From the NCBI GenBank assembly GCA_963790015.1, contig CAWBMW010000017.1, positions 14,252-78,251 on the forward strand: 64,000 nt of DNA, read 5' to 3'. The position numbers and the translations under genes were made by a program. Below are positions 48,971 to 59,139 of the stretch, in pieces. The first letter of the stretch is position 1, and each line of letters starts with the position of its first letter. The notes beneath the pieces are model-generated. The model had not been told where the DNA came from. It did no database searches and worked only from the letters and a program-made list of their open reading frames with translations. The DNA is from an uncultured Gammaproteobacteria bacterium (GTDB lineage Bacteria; Pseudomonadota; Gammaproteobacteria; Steroidobacterales; GCA-2729495).

Positions 48971-50287
48971 ATGGAAAGCAAGCTTATGTCCGTCCCCCGG
49001 CGCGCCACCTCGACCGCGCGCGTCGTTGCCTGTTTTGCCCTGTGCCTCGCCGGGTCAGCCCTCGGTCCCGCCCACGCCCAGGCGACCGCCGACGGCGTCC
49101 AGCAGGAATTCGACGCGGCCCTGGCGGCCATCGAACAGCAGCGCCTGCGCACGGCCCGGCAGCGTCTCACCAGCCTGCTCGCCGCCAATCCCTCCCTGAG
49201 CCGGGCGCGGCTCGAGCTGGCCCGGGTGCACTACCTCTCCCGGGACTACGCCGACGCGCGCCGCGAGGCGCAGCAGGTGCTGGACGACCCCAACACGCCG
49301 CCCGCCGTGCGCGCCACGGTGCTGGCCTTCCTCGCGCAGATCGACGCGGACGAGCGCCGCTTCGCCCCCCGGCATCTCTGGTCGCCCTCCGTCTACGCGG
49401 GCGTGATGTACGACTCCAACGTCAACATCGGCCCCGGCCGCGACGTGATCGACATCGGCGGGATCGACTTCACCGTCGCACCCGCCTCCCAGGAAACCAG
49501 CGACTGGGCCGGCGTGCTCGACGCCGGCATCGCCCACACGTACAACCCGGACGGGCGCTTCGACTGGGGCGAGACCCAGGGCGACTTCCTCTGGCAGAGC
49601 GAGCTGAACGGCTACTACCGGGGCTACTTCGACGAGACCGACTTCAACCTGGGCGTGCTCACCGCGCGCACCGGCCCCGCCTGGGTCGTGCCCGGCCGCT
49701 GGCGAGCCTACGTGGCCGTGCAGCTCGACCAGATCTTCCTCGGCGGCGACGACCTCGCGCTCTTCACCAGCCTCAACCCCGGCATCGCCTGGCAGATCGG
49801 CGACGACTGGGAAGTGGGCCTCGACGCCTTCATCACCGACCGCAACTACAGCGGCAGCGACGAGGACGGGCGGGACGGCGACTACCAGTCCGCCAGCCTC
49901 ACCGTCGGCCGCTACTTCCGGGAACGCAGCCTGCTGGTGCAGGCTGGGGCCAGCTACTACAACTTCGACGCGGACGCGGAGTTCCTGAGCTACGACGGAC
50001 CGGAGGTCTTCGCCGGCTTCATCAGCCAGGCCTGGACGAACGGCTCCGTGTTCGCCCGCGTCGGCTACCGCTGGTACGACTTCGAGGGCCTGGAGCCGCT
50101 CTTCAACGAGCCGCGGGACGACGACGAGCTGCGCGCCACGGCCGGCTTCCAGCACGACTACCGCGAGGGCTGGCTCGACCGCTGGTCCCTGGTCGGCTCC
50201 TGGACGTGGACCGACAACCAGTCGGACGTGGCGATCTACGAGTACGACCGGCACCAGGTGAGCCTGGGCCTGTCGCGAACGTTCTAG
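48971..50287 (+). CDS. DUF560 outer-membrane protein (Slam / type 11 secretion system barrel) with N-terminal TPR region
   Basis: Intact 438 aa. It has a signal peptide and a TPR-like N-terminus (ARLELARVHYLSRDYADARREAQQVL), then a beta-barrel body (SVYAGVMYDSNVNIGP...) ending ...VSLGLSRTF. Confidence 0.8.
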   Translation: MESKLMSVPRRATSTARVVACFALCLAGSALGPAHAQATADGVQQEFDAALAAIEQQRLRTARQRLTSLLAANPSLSRARLELARVHYLSRDYADARREAQQVLDDPNTPPAVRATVLAFLAQIDADERRFAPRHLWSPSVYAGVMYDSNVNIGPGRDVIDIGGIDFTVAPASQETSDWAGVLDAGIAHTYNPDGRFDWGETQGDFLWQSELNGYYRGYFDETDFNLGVLTARTGPAWVVPGRWRAYVAVQLDQIFLGGDDLALFTSLNPGIAWQIGDDWEVGLDAFITDRNYSGSDEDGRDGDYQSASLTVGRYFRERSLLVQAGASYYNFDADAEFLSYDGPEVFAGFISQAWTNGSVFARVGYRWYDFEGLEPLFNEPRDDDELRATAGFQHDYREGWLDRWSLVGSWTWTDNQSDVAIYEYDRHQVSLGLSRTF

Positions 50288-50453
50288 GCCCCGGGATTAG
50301 GTTGAATGTGAACCCGGTCGCAGATTCCCGCGGCGCGTCGTGAAGTGCCGTAGGACATGGTGTAGAAGACTTAGCTAACAACAGAAGATTTGCCGGCGAA
50401 GCGCGCGCGAGACGCGGTGCCGGGACAACAGACGAAGAGACGGGGAACACTCC

Positions 50454-51609
50454 ATGCAGAAGTTACTGGCCATCGCCGCACTTGCGTTGCTGGCGCTGCC
50501 CCTCCAGGCCAACGCCGCCACGCCGCGCTCGGACGCCGACTGCGCCCAGCTGCTCGAGCGCTGGGCCGGCGACCCCAAGGCCGCGCCGAAGAGCGAGATC
50601 AATTCGTGCAAGGACCAGCTGGCCGCCATCGCGCCGGCCGCCGGTCCGCCGCCCGAACCCGTTGCCGTAGTCGATCCCTGCTCCGGTCCGGACGCGGGCA
50701 GCTCCGTGCTCTGCTGGGGACCCTGGTCCGCGCTGGCGCCCGCCGCGGCCGCGCCGCTGGCGGCCCTCGATTTCCCGGACACGTACCTGCAGTGCGATTC
50801 CGGCGCGGCGCTGCTGGCCGAGCAGTGCGTGCCCCAGCTCGAGCCCGTCCTGCCCGTGGCCGGCTGCCAGCCCGGCACACCCTGCGGCTTCGCCACCATC
50901 GTGGACGGCAGCACCAGCAACGGCGATGCCGAAGACACGGCGTTCGGCCGCATCGACCTGGCGCCCGACGGCACCGCCTTCTCGATCGACCCGGACACCG
51001 GCGAGCCGATCGACTCTGTACCGATGACCACCGTGGTCACGCCGCGGCCCGACGACGGCTACGGCAACCTGCGTGCGAACGGGCGCCAGGGGGACGTGGG
51101 CTCCCGGCTGATCGCCCGGGTCGAGCAGGACGAGGACGGCGAGATCGTGCTGGCCGCCGACGTCTGGACCCACGGCACCCGGGAGAACGCCCGGTCGGGC
51201 TACTTCGCCTGGGGCACGGCCACGAGCCAGTCCGGCCTGGATGCGCTCAACGGCGGCAACGTCAGCCTGAACTTCACCGGACCCATGTCGGTGAACAACT
51301 CGACCACCGCCAACATGACCGTGAACTTCGGCGGCAACCCGAACTGGACCGGCACCTGGACCAACCCCGCCTGGAGCTTTGGCGCGGGCGGCACGGTGAG
51401 CGGCCCCAACCTGATCTCCCTGCCCGGCCAGTTCACCAGCAACGTGACGGGCTCGGGCAATTTCGTCCAGGGCGCGCTGGTTGGCGAAGGCGGGGTCGGC
51501 CGCCCGCGGCCTCACGCACATCATCGACGTCACGCTCGAAGGCCCGGGACGCATCAAGGACGTGGGCCTGCTGCGCGACGTGGTGGCCGGCCCGGTCATC
51601 GCGCCGTAA
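50454..51609 (+). CDS. secreted protein with C-terminal TbpB-like 8-stranded barrel (candidate Slam/T11SS cargo); one frame break ~51490
   Basis: SPase-I-type signal MQKLLAIAALALLALPLQANA with no lipobox. The C-terminal pattern is GYFAWGTATSQSGLDALNGGNVSLNFTGPM...MTVNFGGNPNWTGTW...SFGAGGTVSGPNL...VQGALVGEGG / GLTHIIDVTLEGPGRIKDVGLL. Confidence 0.6.
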
Positions 51610-51628
51610 CCTGTCAGTGAGAACCGCC

Positions 51629-52201
51629 ATGCATCTCCGCAACCTCGCCGCTGCCCTGCTGCTGATCGCCGCGGGCAGCGCCGCCCAGGCGGCCAGCCTC
51701 GCGCTGGTGCCGTCCGCAAACCCCGTGGTGGAGGACAGTACCTTCACGGTGAACCTGGTGCTGAACGCCGCCGACGCGCCGGGCATCCACCCGGGCCTCC
51801 ACAGCGGCGCCATCAGCGTGGACTTCAACAGGACGCTGCTCACCTACAACGGCTTTACGCTGGCGAACGGCCTGATCTTCTTCTCGCCCCTCGCGGTCAC
51901 CACGAACGGCACTGCACAGACCGTCACGCTCGGCTTCCAGAACGCCCCGGATGCCGGCACGGTCGGCACCTTCTCCTTCACGGCGACCGGCCCGGCCGGC
52001 AGCCTCGCGACGCTCGGCCTCGTCGATGCCGACGACCTGTTCGGCAGCTTCGTGAACAAGGCCGTCAGCGATCAACCCTACGTCCCGACCTTCACCGGCA
52101 CCCAGGTGAGCATCTCCCCCGTCCCGCTGCCCGCCGGCATCTGGCTGCTGGGCACCGCCGTCGGCGCCCTCGCCGCGCGCCGCCGCCTGAAGCCGCGGTA
52201 A
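51629..52201 (+). CDS. VPLPA-CTERM (PEP-CTERM-variant) sorting-signal protein
   Basis: Signal peptide and a beta-rich domain. The C-terminus is SPVPLPAGIWLLGTAVGALAARRRLKPR (motif, TM, basic tail). Confidence 0.8.
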   Translation: MHLRNLAAALLLIAAGSAAQAASLALVPSANPVVEDSTFTVNLVLNAADAPGIHPGLHSGAISVDFNRTLLTYNGFTLANGLIFFSPLAVTTNGTAQTVTLGFQNAPDAGTVGTFSFTATGPAGSLATLGLVDADDLFGSFVNKAVSDQPYVPTFTGTQVSISPVPLPAGIWLLGTAVGALAARRRLKPR

Positions 52202-52208
52202 TGGCGCC

Positions 52209-53420
52209 GTGACCGCACGGGCTGGCACCGCGCTGGCCCTGCTCCTCGCGAGCGTCGCTGCCTTCGGGGCACCCACGCAGGATCCCGACTGGCACATTCC
52301 CCTCGCTGCCGTAGGAGCGCCGACCGGCGCGACCGGCCAGCTACCGCAGCCCGACGCCGTTCGTCTCCGCGCAGCCCTCACCCACTACCAGCACCTCGCC
52401 GCCGCCGGCGGCTGGCCCGAACTGCCGGCCGGCACGACCCTGCAGCCCGGCCAGCGCGACGCGCGCGTCGTGGCGCTCCGGAACCGGCTCCGCCTCAGCG
52501 GCGACTTCACCGGTTTGCCGGGCACCGCCGACGCCTGGTTCTTCGACGGCAGCCTTCAGCGCGCGCTGCAGGGTTTCCAGGCGCGGCACGGGCTGCCTCC
52601 CACCGGCGTGCCGGACGAGCGCACGCTCACGGCGCTGAACGTCCCCGCCGCCGACCGGGTGCAGCAGCTGCAGGCCACGCTCACCCGCTGGGGCTGGCTG
52701 CCCCGGGACTTCGGTCCCCGCTACCTGTGGGTCAACGTGCCGGGCGGGTCGCTGGAGCTGGTCGAGGACGGCACGGTCACGCTCAGCATGCGCGTCATCG
52801 CCGGCCACCCGGACCGGCCCACGCCCAGCTTCCAGGACACGGTCACCGGGATCGTGGTGAACCCGCCCTGGTCCGTGCCCCGCACCATCGCCGTGGAGGA
52901 CCTGCTGCCCACCCAGCAGGAGGACCCGACCTTCCTCGCGCGCCTCGGCATCCGCGTGCTCGACGGCAATGGTGAGGAGCGGGACCCGGCGCGCATCGAC
53001 TGGCAGCGGGTCAGCGCCGACAACTTCCCCTACCGCCTCCGCCAGGACCCGGGCCCGCTGAACAGCCTCGGCAAGCTCAAGTTCGTGCTCTCGAATCCCT
53101 GGGACATCTTCCTGCACGACACCCCGTCCCGGCGCCTCTTCGACCTGAACAGCCGGACGCTGAGCTCCGGCTGCATCCGGCTGGAGCAGCCGGAGCAGCT
53201 GGCGGAACGGCTGGTAGGAGCGGCTTCAGCCGCGACCCTGGATCGGGTCGCGGCTGAAGCCGCTCCTACGGCCGCTCCTACGGCCGCTCCAACGACACGG
53301 ACCCTCACCATTCCTCGGCCAATCCCGATATACGTGGTTTACCTGACGGCCTGGGTCACGCCCGAGGGCGTGGTCAACTTCCGCCCTGACGTTTACGGCC
53401 GGGACGCGAGGCTGCGATAA
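52209..53420 (+). CDS. YcbB/LdtD-like L,D-transpeptidase (PG-binding plus YkuD domains) carrying two in-frame REP-derived insertions
   Basis: PG_binding region is [28 protein letters not shown]. The YkuD catalytic region is IFLHDTP...LSSGCIRLE. The ORF is intact as given. Confidence 0.85.
   Translation: MTARAGTALALLLASVAAFGAPTQDPDWHIPLAAVGAPTGATGQLPQPDAVRLRAALTHYQHLAAAGGWPELPAGTTLQPGQRDARVVALRNRLRLSGDFTGLPGTADAWFFDGSLQRALQGFQARHGLPPTGVPDERTLTALNVPAADRVQQLQATLTRWGWLPRDFGPRYLWVNVPGGSLELVEDGTVTLSMRVIAGHPDRPTPSFQDTVTGIVVNPPWSVPRTIAVEDLLPTQQEDPTFLARLGIRVLDGNGEERDPARIDWQRVSADNFPYRLRQDPGPLNSLGKLKFVLSNPWDIFLHDTPSRRLFDLNSRTLSSGCIRLEQPEQLAERLVGAASAATLDRVAAEAAPTAAPTAAPTTRTLTIPRPIPIYVVYLTAWVTPEGVVNFRPDVYGRDARLR
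52311..52332. repeat. GTAG-type REP, single arm inside the Ldt ORF
   Basis: GTAGGAGCGCCGACCGGCGCGA, translated as VGAPTGAT. Confidence 0.75.
53214..53294. repeat. GTAG-type REP 56-bp hairpin plus triplicated 12-bp terminal unit, all in frame inside the Ldt ORF
   Basis: The hairpin is GTAGGAGCGGCTTCAGCCGCGAC-cctggatcgg-GTCGCGGCTGAAGCCGCTCCTAC. The tandem unit follows as GCCGCTCCTACG x2 plus GCCGCTCCAACG (53259-53294). Confidence 0.9.
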
Positions 53421-53469
53421 TGCGCGGCTTCACCCGTCAGTCACACCGCAAACACGTCAGGAAGACCCC

Positions 53470-54770
<1,301 letters not shown>

Positions 54771-54779
54771 GAGCGCGTT

Positions 54780-54835
54780 GTAGGAGCGCCTTCAGGCGCG
54801 ATCGAAACTTGAATCGCGCCTGAAGGCGCTCCTAC
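54780..54835. repeat. GTAG-type REP 56-bp hairpin, preceded by a partial arm at 54767-54779
   Basis: GTAGGAGCGCCTTCAGGCGCGATCGAAACTTGAATCGCGCCTGAAGGCGCTCCTAC. Confidence 0.9.
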
Positions 54836-54849
54836 AGCCACGACACGAA

Positions 54850-54878
54850 GGGCCGGCCCCGCAAGGCGCCGGCCCTTT
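54850..54878 (+). terminator. weak candidate intrinsic terminator after icd
   Basis: GGGCCGGC-N10-GCCGGCCC followed by only TTT. Confidence 0.3.
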
Positions 54879-54918
54879 GCATTGGTGCTGTGCGGAGAAA
54901 CCCGGCGAATAGCAGCGA

Positions 54919-55497
54919 TTGTCCGGTTGCCCGGACCCGGGCAGGCCCTATCCTGAGTCGGTGACCACTCACCCGCGCATTGACACCGCGCCGATAGCCA
55001 GCTGCATCATCGTCGTGCGCGGCGTACGGGTGCTGCTGGATCGAGATCTGGCAGACCTCTACCGCGTCCGGGCCATCGCGCTCCGGCAGCAGGTGAAGCG
55101 GAACCGGGCACGGTTCCCGGCGGACTTCATGTTCCAGCTGACGCCCAGAGAGGTCGCCGGCCTACTATCACAATCTGTGATACCTCGCCTGACAAGGCGA
55201 GGCGGATCAATGCCTTACGTGTTCACCGAACAGGGCGTGGCGATGCTCTCCAGCGTCCTTTCCAGCGACCGGGCGGTGGCGGTGAACATCGCGATCATGC
55301 GGGCGTTCGTGCAGGTGCGATCGATGCTGGCGACCAACCAGGAGCTGTCGGAGCGCCTCCTGGAGCTTGAGCGGCAGGTCGCCTCCAATGATGCATCGAT
55401 TACCACCCTGTTCGACGCCATCCGGCAACTGATGGCCATACCCCAGGCGGGCAGCCGGCCCATTGGCTTCACCGCGGATTTGGATGGCGCCGGTTGA
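54919..55497 (+). CDS. ORF6N (KilA-N-related) DNA-binding domain protein
   Basis: VRGVRVLLDRDLADLYRVRAIALRQQVKRNRARFPADFMFQLT...PYVFTEQGVAMLSSVLSSDRAVAVNIAIMRAFV. Start codon uncertain. Confidence 0.8.
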   Translation: MSGCPDPGRPYPESVTTHPRIDTAPIASCIIVVRGVRVLLDRDLADLYRVRAIALRQQVKRNRARFPADFMFQLTPREVAGLLSQSVIPRLTRRGGSMPYVFTEQGVAMLSSVLSSDRAVAVNIAIMRAFVQVRSMLATNQELSERLLELERQVASNDASITTLFDAIRQLMAIPQAGSRPIGFTADLDGAG

Positions 55498-55507
55498 CGG
55501 ACTGACG

Positions 55508-56474
55508 CTAACCCCGGTCCAGCGGACTCTTCACCCCCTTCGCCCCCTTCCCCATGACGTGCGTGTAGATCATCGTGGTCTTCACGTCGCTGTGGCCGAG
55601 CAGCTCCTGCACCGTGCGGATGTCGTAGCCGTCCTCGAGCAGGTGGGTGGCGAAGCAGTGGCGTAGCGTGTGCGGGCTGGCCGGCTGCGTGATGCGCGCA
55701 GCCCGGATCGCGGTGCGCATGGCACGCTGGATGGTCTTCTCGTGCAGGTGATGACGGATCGGGCGCCCCGAGTACGGATCCCGGCACAGGGACGTGGACG
55801 GGAAGACGTATTGCCAGCCCCACTGGGTGCCGACGCCCGGGTACTTCGCCGCGAGCGCCATGGGCACCGACACGCCCGGGCTCGCCCCGGCGCCGCTGCT
55901 CGTCGAACCAGCCCCGCAGGCGCGCGAGGTGCGCCCGCAGCGGCAGCGCGACCGCCGCCGGCAGGACCGTCACCCGGTCCTTGCCGCCCTTCCCGTCCCG
56001 GACGATCAGCTCGCCCCGCTCCAGCGCCAGGTCCTTGACCCGCAGTCGCAGCGCTTCCGTCACCCGCAGCCCGCTGCCGTAGAGCAGTTGCGCCACCAGC
56101 AGCGCCGTACCCTGGAGGCCCGCCAGGACTGACCGAACCTCGTCCCGGGTCAGCACCACCGGGAGCCGCTGCGGCCGGCTCGCCCGGGTGACGTTCTCCA
56201 GCCAGGGCAGGTCGACCCCCAGCACATTACGGTAAAGGAACAGCAGGGCCTGTAGCGCCTGGTTCTGGGTGCTCGCGCTGACCTTGCGGCGGACCGCCAA
56301 ATGGGTCAAGAATCGCTCCACGCCCTCCGCACCCAGGTCCCGGGGATGCTGCCGCTCATGGAACTGCACGTACCGCCGAATCCACTGCAGGTAGGCCTGC
56401 TCGGTGCGATACGCCAGATGCCGGGTGCGCATCTTCTCCCTCGCCACCTGCAGCAGCCCCGGCCCCTCGCCCAT
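55508..56474 (-). CDS. intI: integron integrase IntI (tyrosine recombinase); one frame break ~55875
   Basis: Collinear by eye with IntI1. Matching segments are [63 protein letters not shown], the IntI-specific insert [21 protein letters not shown], and [39 protein letters not shown]. Confidence 0.9.
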
Positions 56475-56610
56475 GCGCCCTATCCCTCCGGCCGCTTAGG
56501 CGACATCGCCGTGGCCCCCAGAGAATGGAATCAGGACCTTGCCCCAACCACCACCAGACTATCCGACGCTTTCGACCAGTTTTATCCCCCACTTCGTCCC
56601 CCTACATATA

Positions 56611-56617
56611 GTTAGGC
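56611..56617 (+). other. attI core site GTTAGGC (candidate cassette insertion point)
   Basis: First GTTRRRY downstream of the divergent intI start. The first cassette ORF starts 4 nt later. Confidence 0.5.
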
Positions 56618-56621
56618 GTCT

Positions 56622-56924
56622 ATGTCCAGTTGTACGCTCGATCACGTTCCCATTCGTGGTTCTGGCGGCGATTGCGGGCGGGTCTTGAGCCTGTATGCGG
56701 CACGCCTTAGCGTCGTTGAATTTTCCCTTTACGTAGGGGCGATTCAGACTGGTTTCTCCACTGCTGGAGTCTTTGTCGTGTGCTATCCCGCCCTATTGAT
56801 CGCGCGGCGAATTGCTGGCGCAACTCCTCGCAAACGGACTTATGGACTCCCCCCGCAAGTCGGGCGAGTGATCGATAGTGATGGCCGCGGGGATTTCGCC
56901 TGCAGTCGTATATCCGGCATCTAA
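56622..56924 (+). CDS. first-cassette ORF, hypothetical (weak)
   Basis: 100-aa ORF starting right after attI. Composition is not strongly protein-like, and the region downstream is scrambled by an IS remnant. Confidence 0.2.
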   Translation: MSSCTLDHVPIRGSGGDCGRVLSLYAARLSVVEFSLYVGAIQTGFSTAGVFVVCYPALLIARRIAGATPRKRTYGLPPQVGRVIDSDGRGDFACSRISGI

Positions 56925-57142
56925 GGTGGGCTCTGAATGGCCCGTGCCGACATGGAATCTGCGTCACCGAGGCGCCAGTCGATACAAGCGGCAGGCGAAG
57001 CTGCCGGAAGAGTTATCGGCGTCTCTCGGTGTGGGGTGAACCCGGTTGGCCATGATGGTCGATCAATCTCGTCGCAAGCGTGTGGTGGGTCGTCAGTCTT
57101 AAGCTCGCGGCATCGCGAAGGCCCGCGCTCGAGCTTCACGGC

Positions 57143-57905
57143 TCAGTCGCGCTGCGTCCGTAACGGCTCCTGGTCTCTGAGCGTGGCGTAGCAGATGCGC
57201 GCCAGCTTGTTGGCCAGCGCGCAGGCGGCCTTGTTGTGGTTCGAGCGTCTCTGCACATCCAGGGCCCAGCGGCGCAGGCGCCATCGACGCTTTGCCGCGC
57301 GGTCGTGCGCGACGCTTGGCCGCTCGCAGCACGCTCCTGGCGCCGTGCGTCAGCAGCATGCGCAGGTAGCGGTCCCCGTGCTTGCGAGATCCGCCGAGGT
57401 GGCGGCTACTGCCCGAGGAGTGCTCCTTCGGCGTCAAGCCCGAACCAGCTGGCGAAGTGCCGTGCATCCTTGAAGTGGCCGACGATCACCCGAGTGGCCG
57501 CCACCATCGCCGTGGCGGTGCAGCAGGCCGATGCCGGGCATCGACAGCAGCGTGGTGCAGGCCGGCGACTCACTTGGCCAGCGCTGCGCAACTCACGCTC
57601 CAGCTGGGAGACGGGCTTCGAGCAAGCGGATCTCCTCGACGAGCAACGTCAGCGGTGCCTCGAAACAGCATCCGGGATCGCCGTGCTGGGATCGGCGAGC
57701 ACCCGGCCGATCGGCTCGACGCCCGATGCGGCTACCCATCGGGAATGCGCGATGCCAAACTCCGGCAGAAGCCGCGCAGGGCGTTGATCCGCGAGTACGG
57801 GTTGCCATCCACAGCGCCACGGGTACGGTGCAGCGCCTGCAAGCGCCTGTTGCTCCACGCGACTTGACGCGCACCGGTACAGATCTCGGCGCAGCGCGCA
57901 CCCAT
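57143..57905 (-). pseudogene. IS110-family (IS1111-like) transposase remnant, 5'-truncated and multiply frame-broken
   Basis: The pieces VEQQALQALHRTR, RINALRG / LLPEFGI, GHFKDARHFASWFGL / TPKEHSSGSSRHLGG.SKHGDRYLRMLLTHGARSVLRAA and NHNKAACALANKLARICYATLRDQEP lie across three frames. The N-terminal DEDD region is absent. Confidence 0.7.
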
Positions 57906-58474
57906 GCACCGGCGCCCTCTGCTCATCGGGATAGTAGCCATGTCACTTGTGGGCGTAGGCATGTTGTCGTGGAGGCTAGGGTCGTCCCTGTCAATGTCCG
58001 CAACGACTCGGGAGGCCAGCGGCTCTGAGATCCCGGCGGAGCGCATTGCCGCCATCGCCTCCGGCGAGGTTGCAGAGTTCGTGTCATTCGGCACGCCACT
58101 GTTAGTCCTTCGTCCATCACCTGCTCAATTGCAAGCTGTGGCTGACCTCAACAATCACGTCTGGAATGGTCAGTGGTCTGGGTACGACAAAGAACATGGG
58201 CTATTCATCTACTGGGGTGTAAGTACGCGCTTTCGGTGTAAATTGCAGCATATCCCCCAGGGAGAGTCCCCTCTTGGAGTTCGGCACGGGTTACCGCTGG
58301 CTCGGCGGCTATTTCGACCCCTGCCACGACTCTAGTTACGACTACGCGGGTCGCACAATCAAGTCCCTTACGTACACCCGAAATGGTTTCAATGCGGAGG
58401 TACCAAACTTGCGAGCACCTGAACATCGCTTTCGCCGAGATGGCACGCTTGTCGTCTATCCCGAAGCCAGCTAA
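57904..58474 (+). CDS. cassette protein: bc1-type Rieske-fold homologue lacking most [2Fe-2S] ligands; one frame break ~58270
   Basis: RR plus TM N-terminus (MHRRPLLIGIVAMSLVGVGML). It has GVSTRFRC in place of CTHLGC and GGYFDPCHDSSYDYAGR in place of GGWFCPCHGSHYD. The stop TAA lies in the attC inverse core. Confidence 0.6.
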
Positions 58475-58522
58475 CCAACCGCTCCACCGGTCGCCAGGCG
58501 CCGGTGAGCTCAATCGTTAGGC
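58469..58522 (+). repeat. attC recombination site (54 bp)
   Basis: AGCTAAC...imperfect palindrome...GTTAGGC. Confidence 0.75.
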
Positions 58523-58525
58523 AAC

Positions 58526-58984
58526 ATGAAAGTACGTTGGGCAGCCGTCGCTTGTCTTGTGGTTGGCCATCACGCCACGGCCGCACAGCGAAATTTGTCT
58601 TGCCCGGCGGCCACAGTCCTTCCTGATCTAGACGGTGCGTACCACGCGTGCTCCAACGGCTATGTTGACGGAAGCTGCCAGCGATTCATTGAGGCGTTCA
58701 AAAAGCTCACGGGCCGGTATGACTGTCAGCGCTCGTTTGATACCGACCCTGTGCCAGCCGTTTGGCTCGCACCACGCGGAGCGGTTGAAGATTTCGTACG
58801 GCTAACGTGGCGCCTCGCCTCAGATTCGCAATTCAAGGACAAGCTGTATAAGGACGTACGCACCGAAGCGCGTGCCTTCTTTGGAAGCGCGGATTTCCAA
58901 GGCGTTCTGGACGGAGCCCTAGCGGAGGATTACCTAGGGAAATCACAGCGCGTTGCCAGGGAACTGAAAGAGTCAGGGCCGTGA
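58526..58984 (+). CDS. cassette ORF, secreted Cys-containing hypothetical protein
   Basis: 152 aa, signal-like MKVRWAAVACLVVGHHATAA. Starts 4 nt after the attC core. Confidence 0.6.
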   Translation: MKVRWAAVACLVVGHHATAAQRNLSCPAATVLPDLDGAYHACSNGYVDGSCQRFIEAFKKLTGRYDCQRSFDTDPVPAVWLAPRGAVEDFVRLTWRLASDSQFKDKLYKDVRTEARAFFGSADFQGVLDGALAEDYLGKSQRVARELKESGP

Positions 58985-58988
58985 CGCT

Positions 58989-59072
58989 GCCTAACCAACG
59001 GTTCCAGCCGACGCCGGCGCTTGGCGCCGATTCCCTCACCGCACTCGGCGCGGCTGAACCGAGACGTTATGT
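58989..59072 (+). repeat. attC recombination site (84 bp)
   Basis: GCCTAAC...GTTATGT. Confidence 0.65.
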
Positions 59073-59139
59073 GACAAAGCCGAGCGAAAGCGTGGATTCT
59101 GGCGTTGACCCCCTCCATGGACCGATCTAAGGTGCTGAC

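Noticed and set aside
50600-50660. PAAG tetrapeptide in the T11SS cargo as a genuine LapG cleavage site
   Set aside because: I do not make this a firm claim. The motif is only four residues in an Ala/Pro/Gly-rich protein and lacks the N-terminal retention-module context of LapA-type substrates. I mention it only as a testable speculation.
56919-57018. Possible attC for the first cassette (TCTAAG ... GTTATCG)
   Set aside because: The sequences inside the putative cores are not complementary, so no L''/L' pairing is possible. The region is better explained as scrambled by the IS110 remnant.
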